From: Iphione sp. A-MEVVRFRX5
Lineage: Eukaryota
Reading direction: 5' to 3'
DNA length: 64,000 bases
Assembly (NCBI GenBank): GCA_976226885.1
Contig: OZ320316.1
Location: 89,652,001 to 89,716,000, forward strand
This document shows, one piece after another, positions 26,826 to 40,220 of the stretch. The translations under genes and the position numbers were made by a program. A model generated the notes under the pieces. That model ran no database searches. It worked only from the letters and a program-made list of their open reading frames with translations, and was not told the origin of the DNA. How positions within the stretch are numbered: position 1 is the stretch's first letter; each line of letters opens with the position of its first letter.

Positions 26826-29800
26826 CACATGGAAGAGTTAGGCGGCAACATCGACGCTGTCGCTGGGAGTTAAGTTGCTGAAGGATGGAGCCATAACAGT
26901 CTTAGATGGTACAGTCCCCCCGATCTTCTGAACTATCACTATGTTTTGAGGCAAATTATAATTTTGTATAGCCAGATAATAGTAATGGCCAAGGTTACAT
27001 TCTTTAGCTGAATACAATAGAGTAAGAAGGAGCAGTACATATTGATGCTCTTTGGGTCCTGCTGTACCTTATATGTCAAGCAACCGCTGTTGTGGAGTTA
27101 CTTACCAAACTGGACAATTAGATAAAATTGACTCTTACGGACATTTCTTTCCTGGAACTTGTGCTTGTATGTAGAGGGGAAGGTAATATTACGTTCACAA
27201 CGAAAGTCATTTTGCTAGATATCGGAGTTATGTTCAAGTCAAAGATCGGTCTCATATGTTACTATTTAAAAGAACACTTGACTCAGAAAATTTGTGATAT
27301 TTTTTATTATGAGATCATTTGAAAGTCTCCATACATTTTATGCATCTGCTTAATTGACTACCACACACCTGTAAATATATATGTCACATGTGTTATCATT
27401 CTTTGGGAGCCAATTGGCCCACATCATCTTGGAAAGCTCTGTGCTTGTCGACGGAGAAAGTTGGATAAAAACTTGAACTTGAACTAAACCTGAGTCCACC
27501 ACTATTTTAGGAGAACTACAGCCAACAAGTTTTTTATACTAGTATTTTTACAATTTCTCTACTAAACGAACCACGTGTGAATAGTTTTTTCGTTTTATTG
27601 TTAAGCATCCACCTGAAAGATAAATCAGTTTATCCGTACAAGTATATTATTATTCATATGCTCAGGCTCCTTGATCCTCCCAGTGAGAGGTACTGATACT
27701 GAAAAAGGCTATATGCCATTCATACCGCATAGAAACGCTGGTTGCCCTTCTTACTTGTGCATGCAGCCGAACAGCTTCAGTTTTTCTTAACCGCAGTGTA
27801 TCATGTATGATCATGGTATGATTTTAAGCTCCATGAGAAATACATTTATGGGTTAGTTATCAGCCCAAAGGACCATCCCCATCGCGTCTTAACCAATCCA
27901 GTAAAGATGTGTGTCAGTTGGACTACACTATGAACGGTTGTGTTCCTGAACCTTTGCGCCCAGCACATAACCCCTCACCTTTTTGTCCCTGGGACGTTTG
28001 TCCCTGAACCATTTGCTCTCTAGGAATTTCATCCCGTGTAGTAAATATGTAAGGCGCTAATGTTTTTTAGCTGGGTTAAGGGAAATAAGCGTGTTTTATC
28101 TGTTATTGTAATATATGACTAACACAAGAATTTTTATCAGAAGGTTCTGGCAATTTGGGACACGCTTGGTTCCTACTGAAAGTGTCACCCATCCGACGTG
28201 TTCCAAATCCTGGATGGCACCATATACCAGCAAATTATTATGCTATTGTAGCCAAAAGTGTTCTTTGTCTGACGGTGTCGGTGTCCTCCACCTCGGGTAT
28301 CATTTTACGGAGGTTTTAATATATCTAAACTCTAAATGATATAACAGAAATAGACGTGTAAAGTGAAACCTCATGATGAGGGTTAGATCTGGCAAGCAGT
28401 CAAAGGGTTAATACGGTCGAATTTGCTCGAAATTTACCATTTGCCTCCATGATCTTAGTGGTTGTTTCCTTTTTTAAAACTTTATTTCCTCTGATACTTA
28501 TGTACATAACGTACGTTTTCTCAGATACATTCAGTTACATAAAGTCCTAGGTGACGAACATATGTACAGTAGTATGTAGGGATTGCATATACATAATGTA
28601 TATAAATACACATGGAGATTCATTGTTTCGATAATCTTACAAGTCTAGTAATTGTGTTGATAAGGAGCAATGTAAGTCTGAAAGCTGTTATACATACACA
28701 AGATAAGCAATAAAGAGGAGCACTGAGAGAAGACTGAATGTAAGTAGTCTTAATGAGCTGAATCAGCTAAGACGCTCTAGACAACTCCCAGGAGTGTTAA
28801 GCATTTAATATGCAATATGCTCCTTAGATATCGGCCAAAGGAGATTTTCATGCAATTAAACAGTGCTGAGAGTTTACGATTTTACTTGTTATCTAGACAA
28901 CGCCCAAGATAGGATCCATCGGAAGCGATTGAATGTTTACGTCCTAAACAAAAGTTCGTATACAGGTGACATTTGGGAGCCTTCTGCATTCTTTCTTAAA
29001 TTTCTCCTTCCCTCCCTACACAGACACGTTCATTTTATATGTTTTACATTATACGCAACACCAACGTCTACTTTGCCATAGACAAACCCATCACTGTTGA
29101 GTTTGTCTATGTCCGACGTAAAAATTTGGTTTCACATAGTATTCTGTGAAACTAACGCTGGAGAATACATTAGTCATCAAAATTGGTAACAATGCAGAGA
29201 CGTTTCTCCTGAGTGGTTGATCGAAGAAACACCTATTGCACTCGTTAAATCTTTATGTTCCATAAAATATATTGTCATTGTCATTGTATACGTAGCATAC
29301 GTGTGTAAGGAAACAGAGAATTCAAAGGCAACTTATAACATCAAAAATACGATCAGGCATCCACTATCAAAGGGATTATATAAGATTTGTGACTGACCAA
29401 TTTAATTCTTGAGTAACTGCCTGATAAGCCTACATCATTGCTAACACCTCCTAATTTTCAAGATTTATTGGTCTGCTGCCTGTCACCCTCCTCTGTTTGA
29501 TGATGCCTGCTCATATTCACTAAGACAACACTGGAACTGACAGGGCACATCAATATTATCAGAATTGAGGTCAACAGGTTCTTGCAGTCGATTTAACTCT
29601 GAACGAGGGGTGACTGTAGCGTAAAGGTTTTACTGTCTATTCCACTCATTACCACGTGTTATAGTAATTCCTACTTTTTCTACATCTAAGGTAGGAGGTA
29701 TCTAAAAGCAAATGAAGTAAGTGCAATTTAAATATAAATTACTATTTGAATTATACACATGGAAGTAGCCGATAGGTGCGATTGGGAGGAGGCAAATCCC

Positions 29801-30599
29801 AGGGGGTTAATGGCATAGACTGGTAAAAATCCTTGGGGTAAAGGGCCTTATGGGGCAAGAACTATGAGGGAAACGTCCCGGAGGCCACTGTCTGTGGTAG
29901 AGGGAGGTGTGGCTGAGTAGCAGTGTGGATCCTACAACACTTATTATTCTCTCGTAGCCCCTTCTTGACGTAGTTACGGCGATCGAGTGAAAGCTAATCG
30001 AAACTAAAACCAAGACCAATGCTCTATGAATATTGGATTGACGCATCCTTAATTGTCCACTAAAAGAAGAGTGAGAATTATGTGACACTTTATTCACGCC
30101 CAATTGCAATGTGAGTGGATGCAGCAAGTGTGAGATGTAAGTATTGGTACATTGAGTAAACCTTTCCCACAGTTGTAGGTGAACCTTATCCCATTCGTGC
30201 ACTGGAAAGAGCTTACTCTTTCCGAATTAACGGATAAGGCAGCCTAGCGTTCCTTTGCATTGCCGTGCAGATGTGAACTCACACACCTTTCACCCGAGTG
30301 ATAAATCCAGGGTGAACAACACTAAGCAAGTATCGTGGTTACTTTTCACCCGAGCGCTTAAAGGAAGCATTCTACGGCATGAAAATGATGCATGTATACT
30401 GCCATCCACTTTAATGCGTAGTAAGTGCTGCTTCATGATAAAAGTGAGCAAATACGAAACAGTGAGGGCACGTGCTGTATTCACTGAATGAGTTGCTCTA
30501 TGTATATTAGATGTAATTTCTTCCGTGTCATCATGAAAAGACCTTCGCAGTGCGCCACTCTTTGCAGTAATTGATTTCTGCTCCTGCTGGGCTCGCATG

Positions 30600-30970
30600 T
30601 AAAAGCGTTCTGCAGAAATGTGACAGGAAGGAGCGACTGCGTCGTCCTAATCCGTCGACGATCGGCAGGGTCTCCGCGGCGACGCGCCCCGCTGACAATC
30701 TGTCGGGTCGCACCGGAACATACAATGATGTCGAAGCGAGCCGTCTCAGCGCCGTGTCGGTAATCGAATAGCTGAGACGTTTAGCCAAAAGGGAAAGAGT
30801 CCCGACCGCTGGAGAATTTCGTGGGCCCTATACAAGTTTTATCGCATCAATACAGAGACGGACGGCGAGAGGGAAGGCTCGGGGTCAGGCAGCGGCCGCT
30901 TATCAAAGGTTACTCAATGAGTATCCACCGGAGCAAACATCCCCGGTAATCGACCTGGCCATCCGTCGGG
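30600..30970. promoter_or_regulatory. CpG-rich island-like segment
   Basis: Dense CpG (cgcggcgacgcgccccg, gcggccgc) without a convincing ORF. Confidence 0.35.
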
Positions 30971-33738
30971 GGCCAGGAGTTGAGGCTGCTCACAACCACA
31001 AAGGTGTAATGGCCTTATCAAGAAAAAGACTGGTCGTGTAATACATCTTGACCGCAATGTTTCAGCGATACACTTCGCGAAAATATGGCCTTTCATTGCG
31101 TGGGTGTGTTCTCATTAGAGGCTTCCTGCTCTGAACACGCAGTGTTCCTAATAAGCAGGCCGAATATTACAAAACATAACTGGATGCTGAAAAAAATGCG
31201 CAACGGATACGAAAGAACACAGGCGAAGAAAACTACATTCTTCGCATAATTTATCTTTGTTCTCTGAAATTAACCGTATTGATTCAAAACAGCTAACAGG
31301 ACAAGAGCACTGCCAGAATAATATTGCTCCGGAAGAATGCCGGAAAATAATGTGAGTGAAGGACAACCAACAATCTACTTTTGAGGTTTTATTATAACCT
31401 GATCAACTTGGATTTGTCCGAATCTGCCCGAAATCCTCTCTTCCCGATACGACTTCACCAAAACAACGACAGACATGTACACTATAACATGTCCTTGCCA
31501 CTTTGTTTCTTTAACAGTGATTTCTCACAACCGTTGGCAAGGTAGTAGGTATATCTTCTAAAGCATTCAGTCGCTGATTGGGCTGATTATCTGCCTAGGC
31601 CACTTTGGCACTAATTGTCTTTGGTCCCGTCAGGGAGATATATACGTAATGCAGACTGATTGGATGCAGTGAAGGTGCAAATTTACTTACATTGGTATGT
31701 TCGAGTTTTCGAGAAACGCTCTATTGTCCGAAGTTATTTTGTTCCAACGTCATTATGACCGAAAATAGGGACCATTTTCCTCTAATAGCGGCATATATCT
31801 GAAGTGTAGATTTGGTCGAAATAATAATAGATAGGGCCTACCTTTTTAAAGATTCTTCTTTTATTATTGAATTTTCATGATCCAATACCGTGGGAAGCAT
31901 CATGGCTAAAATTATTATATTGTCTCATTATACCATTATTTATGTTAAGTTATTACTTAAATTAATCCTCTCCGTATCACTAGAAGTCCCAGGGTATTTA
32001 ACAAAAGATCAAAAAAATAATGCAGTGAAATATCGCAATCCGTGAATAGCTCCTTAATGAACACAAATAATTGCAATCTTCGGTCGTTGAAACAGAGAAG
32101 CACGAAAAATGTGACAGTAGTTTAAGAAAACAAGGCCTGCCTAATATTGACTTGACGAAAGACAAATGTTGCCATGGCTTTGATAAAAAAAAATATTGTA
32201 GTCCAGACAGTCACTGATTGGCAGTGAGGTGCATCAGGCGGTAGATGGATCTGGTGGGAAACCTACTGCCAAGAATACTCTTTGGCGTCGTTTGAGACAG
32301 AACGCTTTCATACACACGTAACACAAACCGCTACCAATATTTAAAGGTCCCCTTATTTTAAATGGTACACTCGATAATAGCAGACGTATGATTTGTTTCA
32401 AGTAATCTTCCCTATCTCTACGCATACGCTATCCTCATCACGAATATTGCCAGCTGCCTGCTGGTGGGCTCCTACCCAGGTTGATCCACAATGTTAGGCC
32501 ATGCACGGGAGGGGAGTCAGTATTAGACGGTGCAGCGACTCACATGAACAAGTGGCGGCTCTCGAACACCACAATCAAAGCCATTGTTGTGTGGCTCCGT
32601 CTGACCACGGTGGTATTAACAGATAACAAAGTAATATTTCTCCTCTTGTCTGACCCTTGTGCTTCCAGCAGCTGCCGATTTCCTGGCGTCTTCCAAAAGA
32701 GTCTGTGGCTGGAGTGCCAGCACCTCGATGGCAATATTTCAATGCCAGGTACATCTTAACCCTCCATAACGCTGTGCACAAACAGCCAGTCTTTCGCCCG
32801 CATCAATATTCTGAGAGAGGCGCCTTATCACCTGTAACATTCTCTGTGTCATGATAACCGTTGTTGTCCTTCTGAAGATTACTTTGAATGCTTCCTAATC
32901 TGGCCATTGATCACTCCGTTTTCAGTTGCAGACAACTAAATGCACTGAGAGGATCGCAAGGCTAAACAGAGACGCGTATAACTAGTATACTTCACAAAGC
33001 ATTTAAAATAAATCTGTCCGCAAGTCTCCTGCCCGTGTGGTGTTGTCAACGAACGGTTTCCTTCCTTTCATGTCTAATGTCTCCGTGCGAGCTTGGCTCT
33101 TTGTTCCGTCTGCTATGCTGTCTTGGCAGTCTGGCCATGTATGTTCTATATTGTCCCGGCCACACTAGTCTGAACCGAGACTCCTGATCGTAACGCGTAG
33201 CTTCCAGGACACTGTACGCACTGTCCCGTCGCCAGTACCGCCAGGTCTCCCAGTATTGTCTGCTCCCGTTCTATACCGCCTAATTAGGTGCGGCATTTCA
33301 AGAGGCATGTGGTGCTCTTTTATATTGGCTTTTATTTCTGTACGCACATCTTTTGTCATTTTTTTTCCTTTGGCGCTCATATTTAGAATCCGATATCTTT
33401 GTGTCGATTTTTCTTTTATGCCACATTCGTGCACGGCTGCTATTTATACACAATGTCAATTTTATGTGAATTGACACATGCCTCTGATTTAAACCCAAGG
33501 TGACAACTGTTCCTTTGAGGGTGTAAACAGTCGGTACTTACAAAATTGACAAAGTGGGCAGTCTACAAAAATAAATCCATTTGAATTGCATTTGCTTCCT
33601 ATGTCTAATTTCCGTGTACCCTTATCTCTGTGTAGCGTGGCAGTGTGTTTTCATGGGGAGAATTGGAAACTATGCTTTATCAGCAAGACTGTATCCATGT
33701 ATGTGTGTACCATGTACTGTGCAGCATGCTCCTGTGTA

Positions 33739-33843
33739 GTATGTTTTGCAAATGGGACAAGTCCCAGTCCACAGTGTTTTCGTGACTGTGTGTTCATGTA
33801 TTCAATGGGAACTATGGTAAATGACTAACATGTAACATGATGA
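33739..33843 (+). repeat. Dispersed repeat copy, related to 49082-49186
   Basis: Colinear shared blocks atgtttt, tgttttc.tg.ctgtgt, ggaactatg and aacat.atga in both copies (alignment by eye). Confidence 0.55.
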
Positions 33844-35251
33844 ACATGATACAGATATACAGTGACATGGCATCACAGCTGTGACAACCAGGTGCACCAT
33901 ACCTAGGCATTTTGAAATTAGCCCTTATAATGAAAAATCCGTCCAGAATTTGGGTTCAGTGCAATTTGTTAAAGGTGGCACTTAAAGTAAGATAGGCAGT
34001 TACCTTTAGTCCCTAGTTCTGAGAACAAAGCAGCAAATGTCAAAGGATATAGTAGAAAGGTAATGCGTTCGTTGTTTAACAAATGTCATATGGTTGTACA
34101 TGTATTTAACAAAGACTGGGATCAAACCATCCGCAGGAAAAGTTGGGTGCTTTAGAAAGTTGTAGGCTTTAGAGAGTTCACTTTCTACTTTGCTTTTCCC
34201 TCCTGGCCGCCTGAGGAGTGTAAAATCCTTATTTTCCTGTTACTTATGATGACTTGAGTAGCATTCTACGCTGTTTGAAACATATGAACTTACGTGTCTA
34301 TTGGAAAAAGACTGGGCTGCTTTGGAGGAATGTATTTTTAATTAAATGGTAACTGAATGTGGTAAATGATTCTTATAGAACCAGTTCAAAATAAGCAGAC
34401 AGTCCTGTCAGCAGCAATGCAGAAGGCAAAAAGGACACCGATTCAGGGCTAATTAAAAACCTTAAATCTTGGATAAAGATTTTCTTGAGTGCAGGTCAGA
34501 GTAGAGGTTTAATCAGTCACATTTTGATGCCGCACCTCATTTACTCAATAATGAAAATGAATGAAAATAAAAGAACGATAACAGCAAGAATCACATCAAA
34601 CGACACTGAAATGTGATTTAGGGAAGAATTCAACAAAATGTCAACTTTGATGGTGCCTTTTTTATACTTGTGTGTTTACTCAATACATGGGTGCTGGTAC
34701 ACAATCTGTCAATCCGTTAGTAGCAAGCTCTGTTGATATTCCATAGCACTGAAAGCTCCTGATAAAATACATTTGTTGGCACTAAAACCTCAGTGTTCGT
34801 GTGGGTCGAGAGGTCTCGGACATTGACCAGTGCTGGTGAAAGGGTATTCATACAGTATGAGAGAGCTTACATGTCTAAACCCACTTTCAGAGCGCTTGGA
34901 GAGAAAGACAAGGAGAGAGAGAACACAATATTTTGATGAGTGATTCAGATCAATCACTGACACAATACTGTTGACACAAAACGTCCATGTGTTCAGACGT
35001 TTCTCTGAAAAAAAATTATCCTATGACAATCTACAGGGTTGTTTCCATATGTACGGGCTCCAGACTCCAGGCTTTGTACCCAGCGGTATCCATAGACTAA
35101 AAACAAGCAGTGTTCCTTCTTTATTGGCCTATGGATGCCCACAGACAAGCAGGACAGGGTAATGGGTGTTTGAGGAAGGAGGAAGACTGTCTAATGTAAG
35201 TTGGATGATGTGAAATATTTTTTAATTCGCAGATCATTTGCATAAGGTCAG

Positions 35252-35363
35252 AATCCCTTGCGAGTGGCACAAAAAAACACGTGGTTTTAACAGATTTGGG
35301 TAGAAATCCTTGCAAGTGGCACAAGAAACACAAGGTTTTAACAGATTTGGCTGAAACTCCTTG
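35252..35363. repeat. Tandem repeat, ~51-bp unit, about 2.2 copies
   Basis: The unit ccttgc.agtggcacaa.aaacac..ggttttaacagatttgg occurs twice and is followed by a partial third copy (aaactccttgtg). Confidence 0.85.
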
Positions 35364-38300
35364 TGATCGGAATGGAAAACAGATACATACACACACTCTT
35401 ACACACACATATATACTCCAACAGAGGACAAGAGCCACAAACCGGCCTCTCCCAGGCCTCTTCCCTTATACATGGAAACTGGGGGTCAGCAAGGGTCTTA
35501 AAGGGTCTAGAAAATCAAATTCTCCAGACTCTCCCATACACAGAAAAAGAAACGGACAGATGGAAACCAGGCCTAACAGTGTGAATGGGCAAATTGTCTG
35601 GGCCACATGAGACCATGTTATGTAAACTGAAGGGCCTTCATTAAGTAGTTTTGGCTACTCTGCCTGGAATACCAGGGTAATACATGTAGGTCAATTTGCA
35701 AAGTAAACTTAACCCACTTACGACAACTATTGTTCATATTTTCCATTAAAGAAGTCCATTATGCATGCAAATCGATCTGGAGAGAATTTTGTAGCGTACT
35801 AAGACTTCTTCTTTGATCGCTATTGAGTTTCCTCTGCTTTTCACATGTCGCACGATGATGATGATTCAGAGAATGACCGTAATAACTGTAATGAGACAAG
35901 ATCCAGTAGAGATCGGACATTGCACCCACAACCTCAAGCATCCTACCTCTGGCTCCCCGCGGTCTCTCTAAGTCACTTGCCTCGATTTTAAACCTCTCGG
36001 AATTCTTTCCAAGCTGATACTGGGGCTTGAAAGTTATCTCTCCATCCAGAGACTGTGTCTAGCTCATGGTAATGCGTGGAAGGAACATGATCCGCAAATG
36101 ACTTCGAAAATCACAGGTCTTATGACCGCTATTATTGTCGCAAAGCTTTTGAAACGACTTGAGCGCCTTCTTGCCTTGGAGAAGCTAAGTTACCCGTGCC
36201 CTCTGCATTCGTAGCAAAGGGTAGAACGATTGAACTGGCTGTGATAGATGTGTGGCCATGTATAGAAATCAAATACCAAAACCACTTACACGTGGCCGTT
36301 TGGTCCCACCTTGCTAGATCCAATTTTGTTACCGAATAGAGCCGTGATCCTCATCTCCTTTTCTACCGCCTCGACCTTCACCGCTTTTGCCAAATGAGGA
36401 CGTTGGATTAAACGTGTATAGAAGAGACCGAGACCAGTTCTGCTAAAGATGTATCATCGGCATTATACAGAACTGGGCCCTCCTTCAGCTGCTGGCATAT
36501 TATAGACAAGATATCGAATAGTCCATTTTCCATGTGGTTAGAATATAAATAACACACCACGGGTCCGTTGAATCGGTGAATTCGTCCCTAGGTGTACGTT
36601 TAGAAATACATACATGTATATAACACTCAAAGACCTTTGATGTCTCAATCGCAATGTCATCCGGGAGTGCTACCCCGGAATCTGCCAACTTGGTTAAACC
36701 AGCAAAGGGTCTTTTTCATTCCCCATGCCAGGATATATGATCCCTTGGTCAAGTAGCCTCAGCACTGGAGAAGGTAAGCCAGAGTTCTTCCCTTTGCAAG
36801 ACATGTAAGATCTAGCTTCGTTCTGTAATATTCGCTCATCCTTGTAAACCTGAACCACCCAAACGCAATGCATTGCTGTAGTAGTATCCTGCTTATATCA
36901 ACTCGGCATGACTCCATGTTATATTCACTTCTAGTCAAATTAATATACGTCCATTTCACGAACATATTTGTCACCCCATTTAACTCGTGCGCAGTTAAAC
37001 TTGCTCCATATTAAACTCAGTCTGTCAACAAATCCCCTCACGACAAAACCGTTCTCATACTTCCTCTTACTTACCTGACACCCCCTCAATTTTAAGCACA
37101 AATATTTTTTTGAAAATGACTGATATTCAGCAGACCGTTTTTTCTCCAAGAATCTTTAAAATTTACTGCAACTAGGTATTTTTCCCTCCACAAATACCTT
37201 CTGTCACCTTCTCATTCCATACCTGTGTTCCACTCTCTGTTTCTGCTAATGTGTGTCTGTACCTCCCGCTGGCCTTAGAAATTTCAACATGGATGGATGT
37301 GGAATTCTCTCGATACAACCAGAATCCATTTCTGCCCACAAAACATTGGGATTTGTATTGCTTCCCTTGGTCTCTTTGTTGACATAGGCCATGAGTCCCA
37401 TTCTTCCTGGATGAACTACAAGATACAAGCACGAAGCTTCACATCAACACAAATGATCCAATCATACTTCTGTGGTTCCTTGTCTTAAAGAAATCTACGT
37501 TCTGCCAGAATTATTCTTTGGTGGTGTGGGGAGAAATGTAGCTTTCAGTCGCCTCAGTGTTTGCTTGCCATTATGTGTTCCTTCTTATGTTCTTATGTAT
37601 TGTATACGAGTACATTATGTACTCAGTTGAACAGACCGAAAAATGAAGCGAATTGTCGGTATTTATATGCACATGTGCCTATGTGTCTATATACACAATG
37701 GAACATGTATACATAGATAGCCGAAGTTGATTTTAAACCTACTATGTAGTTTCGTGCCGATCTTTATGTAGGTGTCTGCTAGATTATTTCATAATTTCTT
37801 ATTGGTAATAATGAAAAAAATCTACATGTGGGCGTCTGCTTGATCTAAGCGCCAGACTTACACAAGCACCAGTATACCATCTGGGACTGACCACTTGAGA
37901 GTTGTCTTCTTTGTGTGTTCCTGTGGTGTGGGGGAAAACAAGTAATAAGATCAATTCCAAGCCATTCACTGTGCTAACTGGTCAGTTTCTTGGGAGAAGG
38001 GGCGATACGACGGCGTGTGCTTTGTTTCGTTCGATACCAAACTAAACCAATCTATCAGGTCACTCTCATTACTGATGTTGAGGATGAGTGTAACATCCAT
38101 TTGCGTCCGCCGCCCTGCTAACCGATGTAACCATCTGACGGTCGGTATGGCCGAGAGACTTATTAAGTCAGGGCGGGGGGCGTTTTTACCGATGCTAGGG
38201 ATGCCTCATTTAAGTCCAATCCAAAGGTGTAATCAGGTCAACTAATCCCCCTCGTCCTCTCCAATGTGAAAGGAATGAAAGGGCCGATGACCTCGGGCGG

Positions 38301-39689
38301 AGCTGTGCAGGGAAACAACTTACCCTTTAATGCTGGTCTCTCAGTCTAAAGGGTCATTCAAGTGATAGTGTTGTAACGGTTGGTTGTCCACATAAAACAA
38401 AATTGTGATTCGCGATTGTTTGAATCTTTCCTTTCTTTTTTTTGAAAGTTTATTTAACTTGTGGAAAATAGCCAGGGCTTCGTGTACTTATGAGATGCAT
38501 CAGTCATTATTCGAAAGGTCTGCCATGATTCTTTCAGTCGAGGACTTATTGGCACTCTTTTCCTAACGAATTGCCTGTTTGGGTGCATAAAACGCGTCTT
38601 TTTGTCGTCCAGGATATGCGGTTGACTGTCTACCACCGTGAGGTATATATATATCCATCCATGTAGACTATCACCCATCCACTGCACTAGGTCTATGGGC
38701 CCCCGCACCCACTGGGGCGTGAACCCCCGCCCCCTACCGTGAACCCTGTGCTCGCTCTACCGGACCAACAAGTCGCAAGGAATGGGACTATGCATTCGAG
38801 GTGTGCGACATCAAACGGAAATGGTCAATATATTCTGCGGTTCCGGGATTACGAATCAAAATGTTTCTGATGTAGAGCGGAGTACACAAAGGTGTAACAC
38901 CTGACAGCCTCAAGGATGCCGGGAGCAGTTACACCTGATGACAGGTAATGTTCATGTGTCGCTAGCACTTCACCTGCGGTGTTCTAGTGTAGGTGGGTGC
39001 AGGTTGTATACGATCTGCATAGCCGTTACCAACGTGGGGCTGAACTTAGTTCGGCTAGGTCACCTGTACGGCCGACTTTAGACTGTTGACACAGACACAG
39101 ATGTCCACGATATCTACCGGTGACTGGCTTTGCTGTGGGTTTGGCTGGCTGTCGAGATACTGAACGTGCTCGAGAGATGATTAGAGCTGACAGATTTGGA
39201 ATGCATGACTTTATATAAAAGAATATCCCTTAGCAGGTTTTTTTCAACTAAAACCGGCTCTACCAATTCGATTCGTGGTTTTATAGGCCAACTTGTCTAG
39301 TGGAGGTAGGAATACCTTGTGAGCCGTGTTCTTAATCTCTAACACAGATTTCCGCTACTGGAATCGACATAGTTCCCTTTGATGTGGTTGCTATTTGCTA
39401 CCTCTGATTGACAGACAGTTACAGGTATGGCTAGTGGGGAAGGCGGCTTGAATATACAAAGCAACAATGCTTCTAATTTGATCGGTGGTAGCTATGTACA
39501 CGTTGAAACACCATGACACACTAAAGGTGATAATTAAGTCACCAGCAGAGGTTAAGTACATGCAACTGCCCAGATAGGAGACATATACATGTGTACCTTT
39601 TTGAAGATGAGTACGTATGAGCCCGACCTCATTTATGTACCAAATTACTGTTTGAGAAGTATAGGCTTGTTTGTATACATGCACATGTA

Positions 39690-40220
39690 TGTAACGACTA
39701 ACTTCTCCCCAGTCCTCACTCACTGTCCCTATTTACTCTCCCCACTCCTTCTCACTGTTGCCTTTGGATTTCCCCTTTGTCACCCGGACAGTACTGCTCC
39801 CACTCCTCACAGCCTGTCGCCATCCACTATTGTCCCCACCTTTCCTTCACAATCCCATGTATCCCCCCACTATTGGCATCCCTTTCCCACTTACACACCC
39901 CTCGCTAACTGCTACATGCATTTCTCCACTGCGTCTGCCCTCCTTACTGTCCCCACCCCTCACTCACAGTCTCTCTTTATTTCTCCAGTGTCTCCACCTC
40001 TCTGTAACTTTCCTAACTCATTTTCCACGACCCGCACGTATTCCCCACGTTCCAGACTCCTCTATAGATATCCCCACCAACTTGTTCACATTCTTTATAT
40101 ACATGTATATCCTCGCTGTCTCCGCCTCTTGTGCACAATCAACATGTATTTTCACACTGTCTGCATCCCTCCTCCACCATTCATTTTACATGTATTGATG
40201 TCAACATCCCTCCCAAACTG
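39690..40220. repeat. C/T-rich low-complexity tract with degenerate ctcactgtcccc-like units
   Basis: The + strand is strongly pyrimidine-skewed, with recurring ctcactgtccc, tactgtcccc and cccactcctc motifs. Confidence 0.7.

Noticed and set aside
36445-36480. PVLYNADDTSL resembling the RT YADD motif
   Set aside because: It has an extra residue and no upstream QG..LGP motif or other RT blocks.
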